The position numbers and the translations under genes are program-made. From the NCBI GenBank assembly GCA_963817955.1, contig CAWFQK010000006.1, positions 51,007-115,006 on the forward strand: 64,000 bases of DNA, in the 5' to 3' direction. A model generated the notes under the pieces. That model saw only the letters and a list, made by a program, of their open reading frames with translations, was not told where the DNA came from and did no database searches. The DNA is from an uncultured Gemmatimonadaceae bacterium. Its GTDB lineage: Bacteria; Gemmatimonadota; Gemmatimonadetes; Gemmatimonadales; Gemmatimonadaceae. Positions 37,701 to 46,666 of this stretch are shown here, in pieces (within the stretch, counting starts at the first letter, position 1; every line of letters begins with the position of its first letter).

Positions 37701-38172
37701 GGTAGGCGCGCGGCAACGGCATGGGCGTTTCGACGCCGCCCTCCACCGGCACGGTCCAGAAGCGCGGCGCCGCACTCGGCGCCAGCGTGGCACGTGACGA
37801 GCTGAAGACCAACGACTTGCCGTCGGGCGTCCAGCCCTGAACGATGTCCGCACCGGGGTGCCAGGTGAGACGCTTGGGCTCGCCCCCCCCGGCGGCCACG
37901 ACGTAAACGTCCTCGTTCCCGGCGTATTGAGCGCTGAACGCGATCATTTTCCCGTCGGGCGAGAACTTTGGATTCTCCGTGATGCCGGGAAAACTCGTGA
38001 TCCGCCGCGCCGCACCGCCGGCGCGGTCAACCGTCCAGATGTTGTTGGCGTAGGCGAAAGCAATTTGCGTCTTGCTGACCGTCGGCGAGCGCAGCATGCG
38101 CGTTTGCGCAGTAGCGATGACGGGCACCGCCAGGGCGGCGGCGACTGGGATGAGCACGCGCATTCGTGACAT
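34705..38172 (-). CDS. Tricorn-like S41 protease (PD40 propellers + PDZ)
   Basis: Signal peptide, PKFSPDG/WSPDG repeats, IIDERYNGGG, AGSGGD, GKRTWGG, ENEGVAPDI. Confidence 0.95.
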   Translation of the reverse strand: MSRMRVLIPVAAALAVPVIATAQTRMLRSPTVSKTQIAFAYANNIWTVDRAGGAARRITSFPGITENPKFSPDGKMIAFSAQYAGNEDVYVVAAGGGEPKRLTWHPGADIVQGWTPDGKSLVFSSSRATLAPSAAPRFWTVPVEGGVETPMPLPRAYQGKISPDGKHIAYRMNNSWDEERRNYRGGQNRPIWIVDLKTFDLETTPNGSSDLVVAQAGLPRGPSHFSAPTTAESKNMDPVWTSNDVIDFISDRDGVANVWSYDTKAKRLVQITKFSDFDVKTLDAASDGDAVVFEQAGDIHLLDTKTRSQHVVNITAAGDFPWMMPQWKDVSGSMTNLTLSPTGKRVAVEARGDIFTIPADKGDIRNLTNSSSSAEHDPAWSPDGKQISYFSDRSGEYALYIEAQDGLTPPREIKIPTTGHFYTSAWSPDGKKIMFHDTNLKLWVVDVATGEAKVVGNDPWMVPTRTMNPAWSPDSKWIAYAKHLNSLYKVIEVVNVETGVSKQVTDGLADAMSPAWDASGKYLWFLASTDYALKSQWLDMSNYDHTENFGLYVAILRKGEPSPFLPESDEEGVASAEGRGAGGSRGGRGGATVAGDSAAPEVVRPAAMGLRQPMTIDFDGLAHRILAVPGITERPYSSLRAGVAGMVYFVEPGGAGAGGRGGAGGATLHRFSLRDRRDVPFVTGVADFDVSLDGHKLVYRAGGGAGGRGGRGGAATGPSLFIVDADRNPPQAAQGRINSDLRTNVDPKQEFKQIFDEAWRNQRDYLYVPNEHGADWPRVRQMYSAFVPYVNHRADLNYLIDMMGAEISIGHSYVRGGDMPDVPAAVPGGLLGADFAIEDGRYKITRIYDDEEWNPDLRAPLAAPGVDVRVGDYILAINGQELRAPDNIYRLLDGTANKQTSLVVNATPTLEGARHVTVLPVANEQTLRTRAWVEDNRRTVDSLSHGQLAYVYLPNTGQPGYTSFNRYYFAQQDRKGAIIDERYNGGGQAADYIIDILQRNFDGYFNNVAGDRVPFTSPAAGIWGPKVMIINEMAGSGGDLMPYMFRYRKVGTLVGKRTWGGLVHTADTPTFVDGGSAIAPRGGFFARDGKWAVENEGVAPDIDVENTPKEVIAGHDPQLERAVEEGMKQLKEHPVERLMTEPPSALWGKRVKPPI

Positions 38173-38388
38173 CGGTAGCGAGTCAGAGGAGTGAGAGCGG
38201 TGTCGCGCACCCGCTGGCCGGGTGCGGCACCCTGGACAATTACGCATGTTCGGCCGTTCGGCTAGTGTTGCCCTGTCTGATTTGCATACTGCCTCTATGA
38301 AAAGAGTGGTTGGACGCGCATGAACGTGCGGCCGGCGTGCGCGTCCTCACGTCGGCCGGCAATGAACGGGCGGTACTTGGGATTTTCA

Positions 38389-38892
38389 GTAGGGATGACG
38401 CACGTGCCTGTCGGAGTCACGTGTTGGTCTGTCGCGGTCACGCGTCCGGGTGTCGCGGTCACGCGTCCGGGTGTCGCGGTCACGCGTCTGCTTGACGGCG
38501 AGACATGCCATCCGGTCGGGATGAAGCGTCAGCGTGTCGGAGCGCCGCGTTCACCAGTCGCGGTCACGCGTTCGTTGGTCGGCCTTCGGCGCTCGAATGT
38601 TGGGGTCGGACGATCGCTTGTCGGGGTCGGACGATTGGCGGTCGGCGTGGCGTGCGTGGCGATCGAGGTGCCGCAACTGACTGTCGCGGTTCAACGTCTG
38701 ATCGTCGCGATCGGGCGTCTATCGAACGGTGTGACGTGTCGCGATGTCGCCGTGTGGCGCGCGGTCGTCGCAGTCACGCGTTCGGATGACGGTGTATTGG
38801 ACCCGATGGTCGGGGTTGCGTGCAGCGACGTCGTGGTTCGGCGTTCGGCTGACGAGGTCGCGTGCTCGGCTGACGGCGCCGGCGAGTGGGTA
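38389..38892. repeat. Degenerate 21-bp tandem array (~24 units); + frame open as a 204-aa heptad-repeat ORF (38320-38934)
   Basis: Consensus roughly GTC GCG GTC ACG CGT YCG NNT (VAVTRxx); register kept without indels. Confidence 0.8.
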
Positions 38893-38923
38893 CATCGCGC
38901 TACGACGAGGGGCCCGGATCGCG

Positions 38924-39018
38924 GTCATCCGTGAGGGGTCGAAACGACGAAGGACCTCTTCGACTTGAAAGAGATCCTTCGCTTTGCTCAGAATGACAAC
39001 GGGTGGCTCAGGATGACA
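38924..39018. repeat. REP-like doublet related to the arms of the nested element
   Basis: GTCATCCGTGAG...CGAAGGACCTCT opposite AGAGATCCTTCGCTTTGCTCAGAATGAC, plus an extra GCTCAGGATGACA. Confidence 0.8.
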
Positions 39019-39553
39019 AGCTCGATCCGTAGTGGCGAGTTCATGCCCCTATATATTAGTTCCGAAATTGGGGGGTCGGCGCAAGAGGCAGTTTTTGCCG
39101 GGGGCCAAAATTCGTCATTTTCGCCCGTTTAGTCGTCGACGTCATCGCGGCAGCGGCGGCGGCGGGGTTACGGGACGTGAGCTCACCTATCGCCAAGGCT
39201 CGCAATTCGCCGATGTAGAGACTTCCCTCCTCCTTCACAGCAGGCGTCGTGGGCTTGGCGCCGGCGGGCGCTGTCCGCGGTGCCGCCTCGCCGGCCAGGC
39301 CAGCCACTGGCATGGAGCTCACGCCTTCGGAAGGGTTGTTCTTGCAGACGGCATCGCTGACCGTCATGCGACCTTGGACGATCCACTTGCCGAAGTCGTC
39401 CTTTAACTAGGGGCAATACGCGTCATGTTTGGATGTCGAACAGATGCTGGTCGATATTGACGACACGCCCTGGATAGTCGTAGTTCTCTGACATTCCACC
39501 CGGCGCTTGGCCCAGTCCGCCACTCCCGGCCGCAACCCCACACCGACGACCCG

Positions 39554-40408
39554 ATGAGCGATATCGAGCACATTTCGGACACTGCACGCTGGGTTGCCGT
39601 GTACCGCGCCATTGAGACTGCGCGCCCTGACGCGATCTTTCGCGATCCGTTCGCGGCACGACTGGCGGGAGAAAAGGGCCAGGCGATCGTCGATACGCTC
39701 AAGCGCGGGCGGTCGCTGGCCTGGGCAATGATCGTCAGAACCGCGGTGTTCGACGAGATCATTCTGGATCGAGTTCGCAATGGTCGGGTGGACACCGTGC
39801 TGAACCTGGCGGCGGGCCTCGACGCGCGTCCCTGGCGCATGCCCCTCGCGCCGACACTCCGCTGGATAGACGTGGACCTTCCTGGGATTCTCGATTACAA
39901 GGCAGAGATCCTCCGCGACGAACAGCCCGTCTGCCAGTATGAGACCGTGCGCGTCGATCTCCGTGATGAGGCCAGGCGGCAGGCGCTGTTCAGCCAGATT
40001 GGAGGCGAATCGTCGAACGTGCTGGTGGTGACCGAAGGTCTGCTCATCTATCTCACGGGAGACCAGGTCGGCACGCTCGCGCGCGACCTCCACGCAGTAC
40101 CAACCTTTCATGAGTGGCTGATCGATCTCGCCAATCCTCTCTTGTTGAAAATCATGCAGAAGTACTGGGGTCAGAGCGTGAGCGCGGGCGGCGCGCCATT
40201 TCAGTTCGCGCCGGCGAGTGGAACCAAGTTCTTCGAGCCGTTCGGCTGGCGGGAGAAGCGGTTCCGGTCGTCCATGGAAGAGGCACACCGGTTGGGGCGC
40301 GAGATGCCCATGATGTGGTTGTGGCGATTGCTCGCACGGCTACGTTCCGCAGCGGTGCGGGAGAACATCCGGCGCATGTCTGGCTTTGTCCTGTTGGAAC
40401 GCCTGTGA
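39554..40408 (+). CDS. SAM-dependent methyltransferase (LCM/TIGR00027-like)
   Basis: SDTARWVAVYRA, DPFAARLAG, RTAVFD, LAAGLDARPWR, EGLLIYL. Confidence 0.9.
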   Translation: MSDIEHISDTARWVAVYRAIETARPDAIFRDPFAARLAGEKGQAIVDTLKRGRSLAWAMIVRTAVFDEIILDRVRNGRVDTVLNLAAGLDARPWRMPLAPTLRWIDVDLPGILDYKAEILRDEQPVCQYETVRVDLRDEARRQALFSQIGGESSNVLVVTEGLLIYLTGDQVGTLARDLHAVPTFHEWLIDLANPLLLKIMQKYWGQSVSAGGAPFQFAPASGTKFFEPFGWREKRFRSSMEEAHRLGREMPMMWLWRLLARLRSAAVRENIRRMSGFVLLERL

Positions 40409-40443
40409 GACACGGGACACGAGACACGGGACACGGGACAGGA
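40409..40443. repeat. Heptamer tandem repeat (GACACGR) x5
   Basis: GACACGG GACACGA GACACGG GACACGG GACAGGA directly after the TGA stop. Confidence 0.9.
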
Positions 40444-40471
40444 GCAGTCACACTCGAATTGGAGACTTGAT

Positions 40472-41902
40472 GTGAAGCGTATCGTTCTCACATTTCTCAT
40501 GATGCTCCCCGCGCTGCTGTCTGCGCAGGAGACGCCCACCGAACGCGAGTCCGCGCGAGACGTCGTCCGCAAGCTCGATTCGCTACAACGCTCGCTCGAT
40601 CTGCCGGCGCTCGTGGCCAAGCTGACCGGCCCGAATGCGGCGCGCGACCAGGTGACCGCGCGCGCGAAAGAGCTGATGGACTCCGACCTGCTCGCGCTCG
40701 GTGACGACATCACGCGGCATCCCGAGATCGGCTTCGAGGAGAAGCGGTCGGTACAGCTCCTCACGGATTATCTCAAGAAGCACGACTTCACGGTGCAGAT
40801 GGGCACCCCCGGTCTGCCTACCGCGTTCGTCGCGCGTTACAACAAGAACAACGGCGCGCCCAACCTCGGTGTCATCCTGGAGTACGACGCGCTGCGCGGT
40901 ACGAAGGGCGCCTTCCACGGAGACCAGCACAGCACCCAGGGGCCGATCGGGATCGCCGCCGCGGTCGCGATGGCAGAATATCTCACGAAGACAAAGACGC
41001 CAGGCAGCGTTGTGGTATTCGGCACGCCAGGCGAAGAGATGATGCCCCCCAACGCAAAGTTCGTCATGCAGGAGTCACATGTCTTCGACGGGATGGACGT
41101 GCTCGTGCGTAGCCATTCCACGAGCGCCACGAGCCGGCCCGCGCCGGGCTTTGGCACGTGTTGCATGAACATCGATGGTGTGAAATACACGTTCAGCGGC
41201 GCGCCGGCACATCAGCTCACGGCATGGAACGGCCGTAACGCGCTCACGGCCGTCATCCACCTCTTTGAGAACATCGATGCGATGCGCAGCAACATCCGAC
41301 CGGAAGCGCGCATCCAGGGCGTGATCGTCGAGGGCGGAGCGGCGCCAAACGTCGTCCCCGATCACACCGTGGCCGACTTCTATATTCGCTATCCCGACGA
41401 GGTCTATCTCGCGCAGATCTCACAGATGGTCGACGACGCGGCCCGTGCGGCGGCGCTTGCCACCGGAACGAAGGTGAAGATCGACCACTACGGCGCAGAC
41501 CGCGACGGCATCAGCGTGGCGGCGTTGAACGACGTCGCATTCGCCTACATGAAGAAGTTTGGCGCCACAGGCATCTCACCAGAGCCGGGAAAGCCACAGG
41601 GGTATGAAGAGACGGGCAGCGTGTCGCGCGCCATCCCTGGCGCGGGGTTCACGGCAAAATCCTCGAACGCTCCCAACCATACCTACGAGATGGAGCAGGA
41701 CGCGCTGGGGCCGATCGGTCACCAAGGCTTTGTGGTCGACGCGCAGTCGATGGCGGCACTGCTGTACGATTTCGCCACTCGGCCGGATTATCGCGCCACG
41801 GTGAAGCGCGAATTCGAGACGATTCGCGGGCTCCACGACCAGTACCTCGAGGACCTCAGAAAGACGTATGTGCTTCCGAAGGTGCCGGATCCGGAGCCAT
41901 AG
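40472..41902 (+). CDS. Secreted M20-family amidohydrolase (AbgB/ACY1L2-like)
   Basis: Signal peptide; HPEIGFEE, EYDAL, GTPGEE, GRNALTA, GGAAPNVVP. Confidence 0.88.
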   Translation: MKRIVLTFLMMLPALLSAQETPTERESARDVVRKLDSLQRSLDLPALVAKLTGPNAARDQVTARAKELMDSDLLALGDDITRHPEIGFEEKRSVQLLTDYLKKHDFTVQMGTPGLPTAFVARYNKNNGAPNLGVILEYDALRGTKGAFHGDQHSTQGPIGIAAAVAMAEYLTKTKTPGSVVVFGTPGEEMMPPNAKFVMQESHVFDGMDVLVRSHSTSATSRPAPGFGTCCMNIDGVKYTFSGAPAHQLTAWNGRNALTAVIHLFENIDAMRSNIRPEARIQGVIVEGGAAPNVVPDHTVADFYIRYPDEVYLAQISQMVDDAARAAALATGTKVKIDHYGADRDGISVAALNDVAFAYMKKFGATGISPEPGKPQGYEETGSVSRAIPGAGFTAKSSNAPNHTYEMEQDALGPIGHQGFVVDAQSMAALLYDFATRPDYRATVKREFETIRGLHDQYLEDLRKTYVLPKVPDPEP

Positions 41903-41905
41903 GCC

Positions 41906-42003
41906 GACTGTTGAACTACGAGTAAATCGCCAACAATCGATACCGCGGAGGGCGCAGAGGAACGTGGAGGAACGTTCCCTGCGACTCCGCGGTTCCTCCG
42001 CGC
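41906..42003. repeat. Copy of the GACTGTTGAACTA end sequence followed by a CGCAGAG-type hairpin between convergent genes
   Basis: 41906-41939 matches 44196-44229 at 32/34; stem ACCGCGGAG..CGCAG.GGAACGT / ACGTTCC CTGCG.CTCCGCGGT at 41942-41993. Confidence 0.75.
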
Positions 42004-42008
42004 CGATG

Positions 42009-43364
42009 TTACCGCTTGACGGGCGGTGGACTCACGAGCGAACTGGGAAGTTTTGCCTCCCCGGCACTCGGCACCACTGCAGATTTCCCATCAACGCGGT
42101 CCGTGTCTATGAGCCCGCGTGAAACCAACTGCGCGGCCAGTACGGTCTGGATGACGCCGATGATGTTGTTCGTCGTGCCTTCCGGCGCGCCCGTGTCTCC
42201 ACCGGAGATCGTGACCATCCTGGCCGCGGCGAGCGCCTCGGCAATGACAGGAGCGATCTGCGGCATCATCTCGATCTGCCGGTAGCGGAAGTACGACTCT
42301 CCACCGGCCTGGATTGCCTGGTTGACCTTCTGGATGCTTTCGGCGGTGGCGTCGGCGATTCGGCGAATGCGAATCGCTTCGGCATCAGCCGCGGCTTCCG
42401 CTCCCAGCCGCACCTTGGCCGCGTCGGCTTTCGCTTGCGCGATCTGCGTCGCGTCGAGCTCCGCCATGCGCATCAACCCCGTGGCTTCCTGACGCTTGGC
42501 TTCGGCTTGCGCGACCAGCGCCGCGTTGGACGCCTTGGTCTGTTCCAGCTCGCGTTGCTTGTCGGAGATCGCCCGCTCTGCATCGAGCTGCGCTTCCTTC
42601 GCGCGGCGCGATTGGTTCGCGGAAACGATATCGGCATTTGCCTGCGCTTCGGCGGCCGACTGCCGGCGGCGTGCTTCCGCGACTTCCGACTGTACAACCT
42701 TGATGTTCAGCGAATTGAAAATGAGGCCCAGATCCGTGAGCTCGCGTGAACAGGCTTTCCGAATGATCACGGCGAGCGGATCGTCCTCGTCCTCGATGGC
42801 GCGCGCCTCGGACTCCGTGAGAGCCATGGGCGCGGCCTTGACTACGGCCGCCACGGGTGCACCGGCGCCGAGGGCACGCACCGACGGGGCCGTCTTGGCC
42901 GAGAAGAGCTGATCGTGCGTGAGCAGATTCATCGCTCGTCGGCCCGAGCTCGAGAGCAGATCCGTCAACGTGCTGAGCTGATCGGCGTCACTCTTCGAGA
43001 AGAAGCGATTGGCCGCCGTCTTGATCAGAGAATCGGTGTCGCCCACGGAGACGATCGCGCTGGCCAGCACGCGGACCTTGATGGGGCGGGGCGTGCCGTT
43101 CTCGTCCAGATCGGCTGTCTGGTCGGTGATGTCGAGGTCGATGTTGATCACCTTGCTCGAGATCGTCGTTCCCGTGGTGAGCAACGGGATTTCCTTCGAT
43201 TTGCCCGGACCGCGATACGTCACCGTTCCGCCGTGCAACCAGCTCACGAGGCGAATGGTGCCGGCATCGACGTTTTTCAGAAAACTGGCAACGATCATCG
43301 GAACGACGATGATGACGAAGCCAATGACGAGCGCGATCATGACGCCACCCGATAACGTGCTCAT
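42009..43364 (-). CDS. Flotillin/SPFH-domain membrane protein
   Basis: N-terminal TM, SPFH-like region (ELTDLGLIFNSLNIK), long Ala/Glu coiled coil. Confidence 0.8.
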   Translation of the reverse strand: MSTLSGGVMIALVIGFVIIVVPMIVASFLKNVDAGTIRLVSWLHGGTVTYRGPGKSKEIPLLTTGTTISSKVINIDLDITDQTADLDENGTPRPIKVRVLASAIVSVGDTDSLIKTAANRFFSKSDADQLSTLTDLLSSSGRRAMNLLTHDQLFSAKTAPSVRALGAGAPVAAVVKAAPMALTESEARAIEDEDDPLAVIIRKACSRELTDLGLIFNSLNIKVVQSEVAEARRRQSAAEAQANADIVSANQSRRAKEAQLDAERAISDKQRELEQTKASNAALVAQAEAKRQEATGLMRMAELDATQIAQAKADAAKVRLGAEAAADAEAIRIRRIADATAESIQKVNQAIQAGGESYFRYRQIEMMPQIAPVIAEALAAARMVTISGGDTGAPEGTTNNIIGVIQTVLAAQLVSRGLIDTDRVDGKSAVVPSAGEAKLPSSLVSPPPVKR

Positions 43365-43400
43365 GAGAACCTCGAAGGATAGGGGTAGGGAAAATGATCC

Positions 43401-44063
43401 CTAAACAAGTGATACCATGCAGCGATTCTTACCCGCGTCGACTTCGTCGATGCGAAGGCGTTGGCCAACACGCACGTGTCCGCCGATCAACCGGTCGTTC
43501 GATTGCAACGTGGCCAGTATCTGCACCACCTGGCCGTCCAGCTCGATCGACACGATGCCCTGACCGTTCGCATCGAACGACGTGACCGCCGTCGCTTCGT
43601 CTGACACGGCGCTCTCGAGCGTGAGCGCCGGCGTCGACGCAAAGCGCATGGTGAAATTCCAGAGCGGTGATACGAGGAATCGCTCGAAGATGATCGCACC
43701 GAGTACCGCAGCAGCAGGCAGCAGCGGCCCGCCGAGCACCGGGCGCAGGAGCTCGCCGGCTGCGCCAAACCCAAGTGCCAGACTGAAGAGAAAGCGCGGC
43801 GAGGTGATGGCGAGCATCCGCTCGGCGCCGCTGGCGTGCGTATGTCCGCCAGCGTGGAGGTGCCCACCCCCGTGCTCGTGGCCGTCGGCGTGCAGATGGC
43901 CACCGGCATGCACGTGCCCACCGCCAACCGCGTGACCACCGCCGGCCACATGACCACCATGCGCGGCACTGCCGCCCCCGTGACTATGTGTCCCGAGGCC
44001 GCTCACCGCCATGACGCCAAGGCCGGCGGCGCCAAGCACCAGACTCGAGATGTAGAGGTCCAT
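43401..44063 (-). CDS. NfeD-like (YuaF/YqiJ-type) membrane protein with His/Gly-rich loop
   Basis: TM, His-Gly repeats, two further TM, C-terminal OB-like FDANGQGIVSIELDGQVVQILA; directly upstream of the flotillin. Confidence 0.75.
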   Translation of the reverse strand: MDLYISSLVLGAAGLGVMAVSGLGTHSHGGGSAAHGGHVAGGGHAVGGGHVHAGGHLHADGHEHGGGHLHAGGHTHASGAERMLAITSPRFLFSLALGFGAAGELLRPVLGGPLLPAAAVLGAIIFERFLVSPLWNFTMRFASTPALTLESAVSDEATAVTSFDANGQGIVSIELDGQVVQILATLQSNDRLIGGHVRVGQRLRIDEVDAGKNRCMVSLV

Positions 44064-44087
44064 CAAGGGGTTTGAGAGAAGAGACCG

Positions 44088-44132
44088 GCAACACGACGTC
44101 AATCATACACGCAACACGACGTCAATCATACA
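44088..44132. promoter_or_regulatory. Perfect 22-bp direct repeat upstream of the NfeD-like gene
   Basis: GCAACACGACGTCAATCATACA at 44088-44109 and 44111-44132. Confidence 0.55.
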
Positions 44133-44193
44133 TAACGAATACATGACGCCTAAAGTTCCAGCTTGGGCCAACGCATGCGCTCGTTCAAGCTAA

Positions 44194-44700
44194 CAGACTG
44201 TTGAACTACGAGTGAATCGCCAGCAATCGTTGACGCGGCTGCGAAGATCGTGATCTGAGCGAAGCCTGTCATCCTGAGCGACGGGCTGTCATTCTGAGCG
44301 AAAGCGAAGGATCTTTGTGGCCGACAGAACAGCTTTTGAACGCAGAGGTCGCAGAGAACTGCAGGAGAACTGCAGAGAACTGCGGAGGAACACCGAGTAA
44401 ATCTTTATCCGGATGTCTTGGCTGATGCGGTCGTGACGCTCCGATGGTATCGCCCAGGTCGGGATCATCAACGATATAAGCGGAATGATTGTGGACTCGG
44501 CAATCACGGTTCATTCCACCAATACGCGTTTCCTCTTCCGTACGCTTACAGTTTTCTCTTGCAGTTCTCTTGCAGTTCTCTCCGTCCTCTTGCAGTTCTC
44601 TGCGACCTCTGCGTTCAAAGGCTGTTGCGCCGTCTGCGGTAAAAAGCCGTCCGGCCCTCGAACTGATCTGACTTCTGTCCGGAACTATTTCAACAGTCTG
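44194..44700. mobile_element. MITE-like element with IS-type terminal inverted repeats enclosing copy 2 of the nested element (core inverted)
   Basis: CAGACTGTTGAACTA (44194-44208) and TATTTCAACAGTCTG (44686-44700) match 14/15 as inverted repeats; no transposase inside. Confidence 0.75.
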
Positions 44701-45981
44701 CTACGCCGGCGAACCCGCCGGCGCTGCTTCACCCAGATTTCCTCCTCGTTGGGTTCGTGCCGGCCGGAACGACAGACCGAACAGGATCAGCACCCCTGCC
44801 GCCCCCGCGGCAGGCACGAGCCAGATGGCATGCCAGTCGTGGATCACGGTAAGGCAGGAATGCGCCGCCGCCGCGGCATCGCTACATCCGGGATTCCGCG
44901 TCGCGTACCGATCGACCACTGCGCCGGATATGAACGCGCCGACGAAGTATCCCAACCCATTCGTCACGAAATTGATGAATCCCTGTGCCGCCGCGCGGAC
45001 CTTCTCGCCGGCACGCTGATCGGTGTAGATCTGGCCGCCGACGAAGAAGAAGTCGTAACAGACGCCATGCAGCAGGATGCCCGCGTAGATCAGCCACATC
45101 CCTGTGCCGGGGTTCCCGTTCGAGAACGCAAGGTACCGCAGCGACCAGGCGAGCATGCCGCCGAGCATGATGATCTTGATGCCAAAGCGCCGCAGCACGA
45201 ACGGCAACAGGAGCATGAACCCGACTTCCGACATTTGCCCGAACGTCATGATGAACGCCGGTTCCGGAACCTTGATCTCGTTCAGAAACGGATTTGCAAA
45301 CGTGTAGTAGAACTGCAGCGGAATGCACAACAGGAACGAGCCCATCACAAAGATCAGAAAATCACGACTCTTCAAGAGTTGCAGGGCATCGAGCCCGAGC
45401 GCGTCGCGGACGTTGAAGGGAGCGCCTGCCGCCTTCGGTGGCGTGTGGGGAAGCGACAACGAGTACACTGCCATCACGATCGACGCGCCGGCCGCGATGC
45501 GCAGCGGCAGCACGAGCGGTTCGGCGTGCAGCACCTTGCCGACGAGGATTCCCGCAGCGATCCAGCCGATGGAGCCGAGCACGCGGATGATCGGGAAATC
45601 GCGCGTCGCGTTGGTCACGTGGTGGAACGACACAGAGTTCGTGAGCGACAGCGTCGGCATGTAGCAGAGCGCGTACAGAATGAGCAGCGGATAGAAGGTC
45701 GCAAAGCTCGTTTGCAGCGACACCGCCCACATCACCACACCACCGATCAGGTGCAGCAGCGCGAGCAGCTTCTCGCTCGAGAAGAACCGATCGGCCACGA
45801 TGCCCATGAAGAAAGGCGACACGAGCGCCGCAATGGCCGTGGCGCCATAGGCCAACCCGATTTGCGGATCGGTAAAGTGGAGCGTCTGGCCGAGGTACGT
45901 TCCCATCGTGACGAACCACACCCCCCAGATGAAATACTGGAGGAACATCATCACGGAGAGCTTCGTGCGCGCATCGTTCAT
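44701..45981 (-). CDS. Nucleoside:H+ symporter-family MFS permease (NupG/YegT-like)
   Basis: [46 protein letters not shown]. Confidence 0.92.
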   Translation of the reverse strand: MNDARTKLSVMMFLQYFIWGVWFVTMGTYLGQTLHFTDPQIGLAYGATAIAALVSPFFMGIVADRFFSSEKLLALLHLIGGVVMWAVSLQTSFATFYPLLILYALCYMPTLSLTNSVSFHHVTNATRDFPIIRVLGSIGWIAAGILVGKVLHAEPLVLPLRIAAGASIVMAVYSLSLPHTPPKAAGAPFNVRDALGLDALQLLKSRDFLIFVMGSFLLCIPLQFYYTFANPFLNEIKVPEPAFIMTFGQMSEVGFMLLLPFVLRRFGIKIIMLGGMLAWSLRYLAFSNGNPGTGMWLIYAGILLHGVCYDFFFVGGQIYTDQRAGEKVRAAAQGFINFVTNGLGYFVGAFISGAVVDRYATRNPGCSDAAAAAHSCLTVIHDWHAIWLVPAAGAAGVLILFGLSFRPARTQRGGNLGEAAPAGSPA

Positions 45982-46664
45982 GGCAATTCCCGAATGCGGA
46001 TGTTGCGGAGCGACAGCGTGCCCTCGTGATCGCCCTGAATCGCGATATAACCTCGCTTGGCGAGACCATAGTGCGGCCAATCCTTGAACTTGCTCGCGGC
46101 CACTTTCGCCTTCCAGTCAGGGCTCCACAGCTCGTACTCCACCACCTTCTGCCCGTTCAGCCAGTGTTCGACATGCGCGCCGTTCACGACGATGCGCGTC
46201 GTGTTCCATTGGTCTGCTGGCTTCACCACGCCGGCGGGCGGTGGATACAACGCGTACGCCGAACCGGCGGCCGTAATGCGGTTGCGACCATCCGGCGCAT
46301 TCGCGTCATCGAGCAGTTGGTATTCCGGCCCGCTCCAATAGATGTGATCGTATTCCTCGGTGCCGCGATAGAAGATGCCGCTGTTTCCGGCCTTTCCGAT
46401 CTTCCAATCCAGCTCGAGCTCGAAGTTGCCGAACTGATCCCGGCTCACGATGTCGCCGACGCCGCGCTCCTTGGTGATCGTGCCGTCCACCACGTGCCAG
46501 CCGGCCGGCACCGTCTGCTCCTTGTAGCCTCGCCAGGCGGCCATCGTCTTGCCGTCGAACAGCGAGCGCCAGGCTTGCGCCTGGGCCTGCGACTGCACGC
46601 CGGGTTGCACGGCCGAACAGGCCACCACGAGCAGGGCGGTTGTGGCGATGGTTGCGATACGCAT
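45978..46664 (-). CDS. DUF1080 (3-keto-disaccharide hydrolase-like) lipoprotein
   Basis: LVVAC lipobox; [30 protein letters not shown]. Confidence 0.92.
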   Translation of the reverse strand: MRIATIATTALLVVACSAVQPGVQSQAQAQAWRSLFDGKTMAAWRGYKEQTVPAGWHVVDGTITKERGVGDIVSRDQFGNFELELDWKIGKAGNSGIFYRGTEEYDHIYWSGPEYQLLDDANAPDGRNRITAAGSAYALYPPPAGVVKPADQWNTTRIVVNGAHVEHWLNGQKVVEYELWSPDWKAKVAASKFKDWPHYGLAKRGYIAIQGDHEGTLSLRNIRIRELP

Positions 46665-46666
46665 AC

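Noticed and set aside
38389..38892. CRISPR array
   Set aside because: Contiguous degenerate 21-bp units with no unique spacers, and no cas genes in the window; the same applies to the 20-bp and 10-bp repeats of the nested element.
39056..39500. 103-aa minus-strand ORF or a decayed gene with an in-frame TAG at 39407
   Set aside because: No recognisable motif or start signal; it may be a gene remnant, but I cannot support a call.
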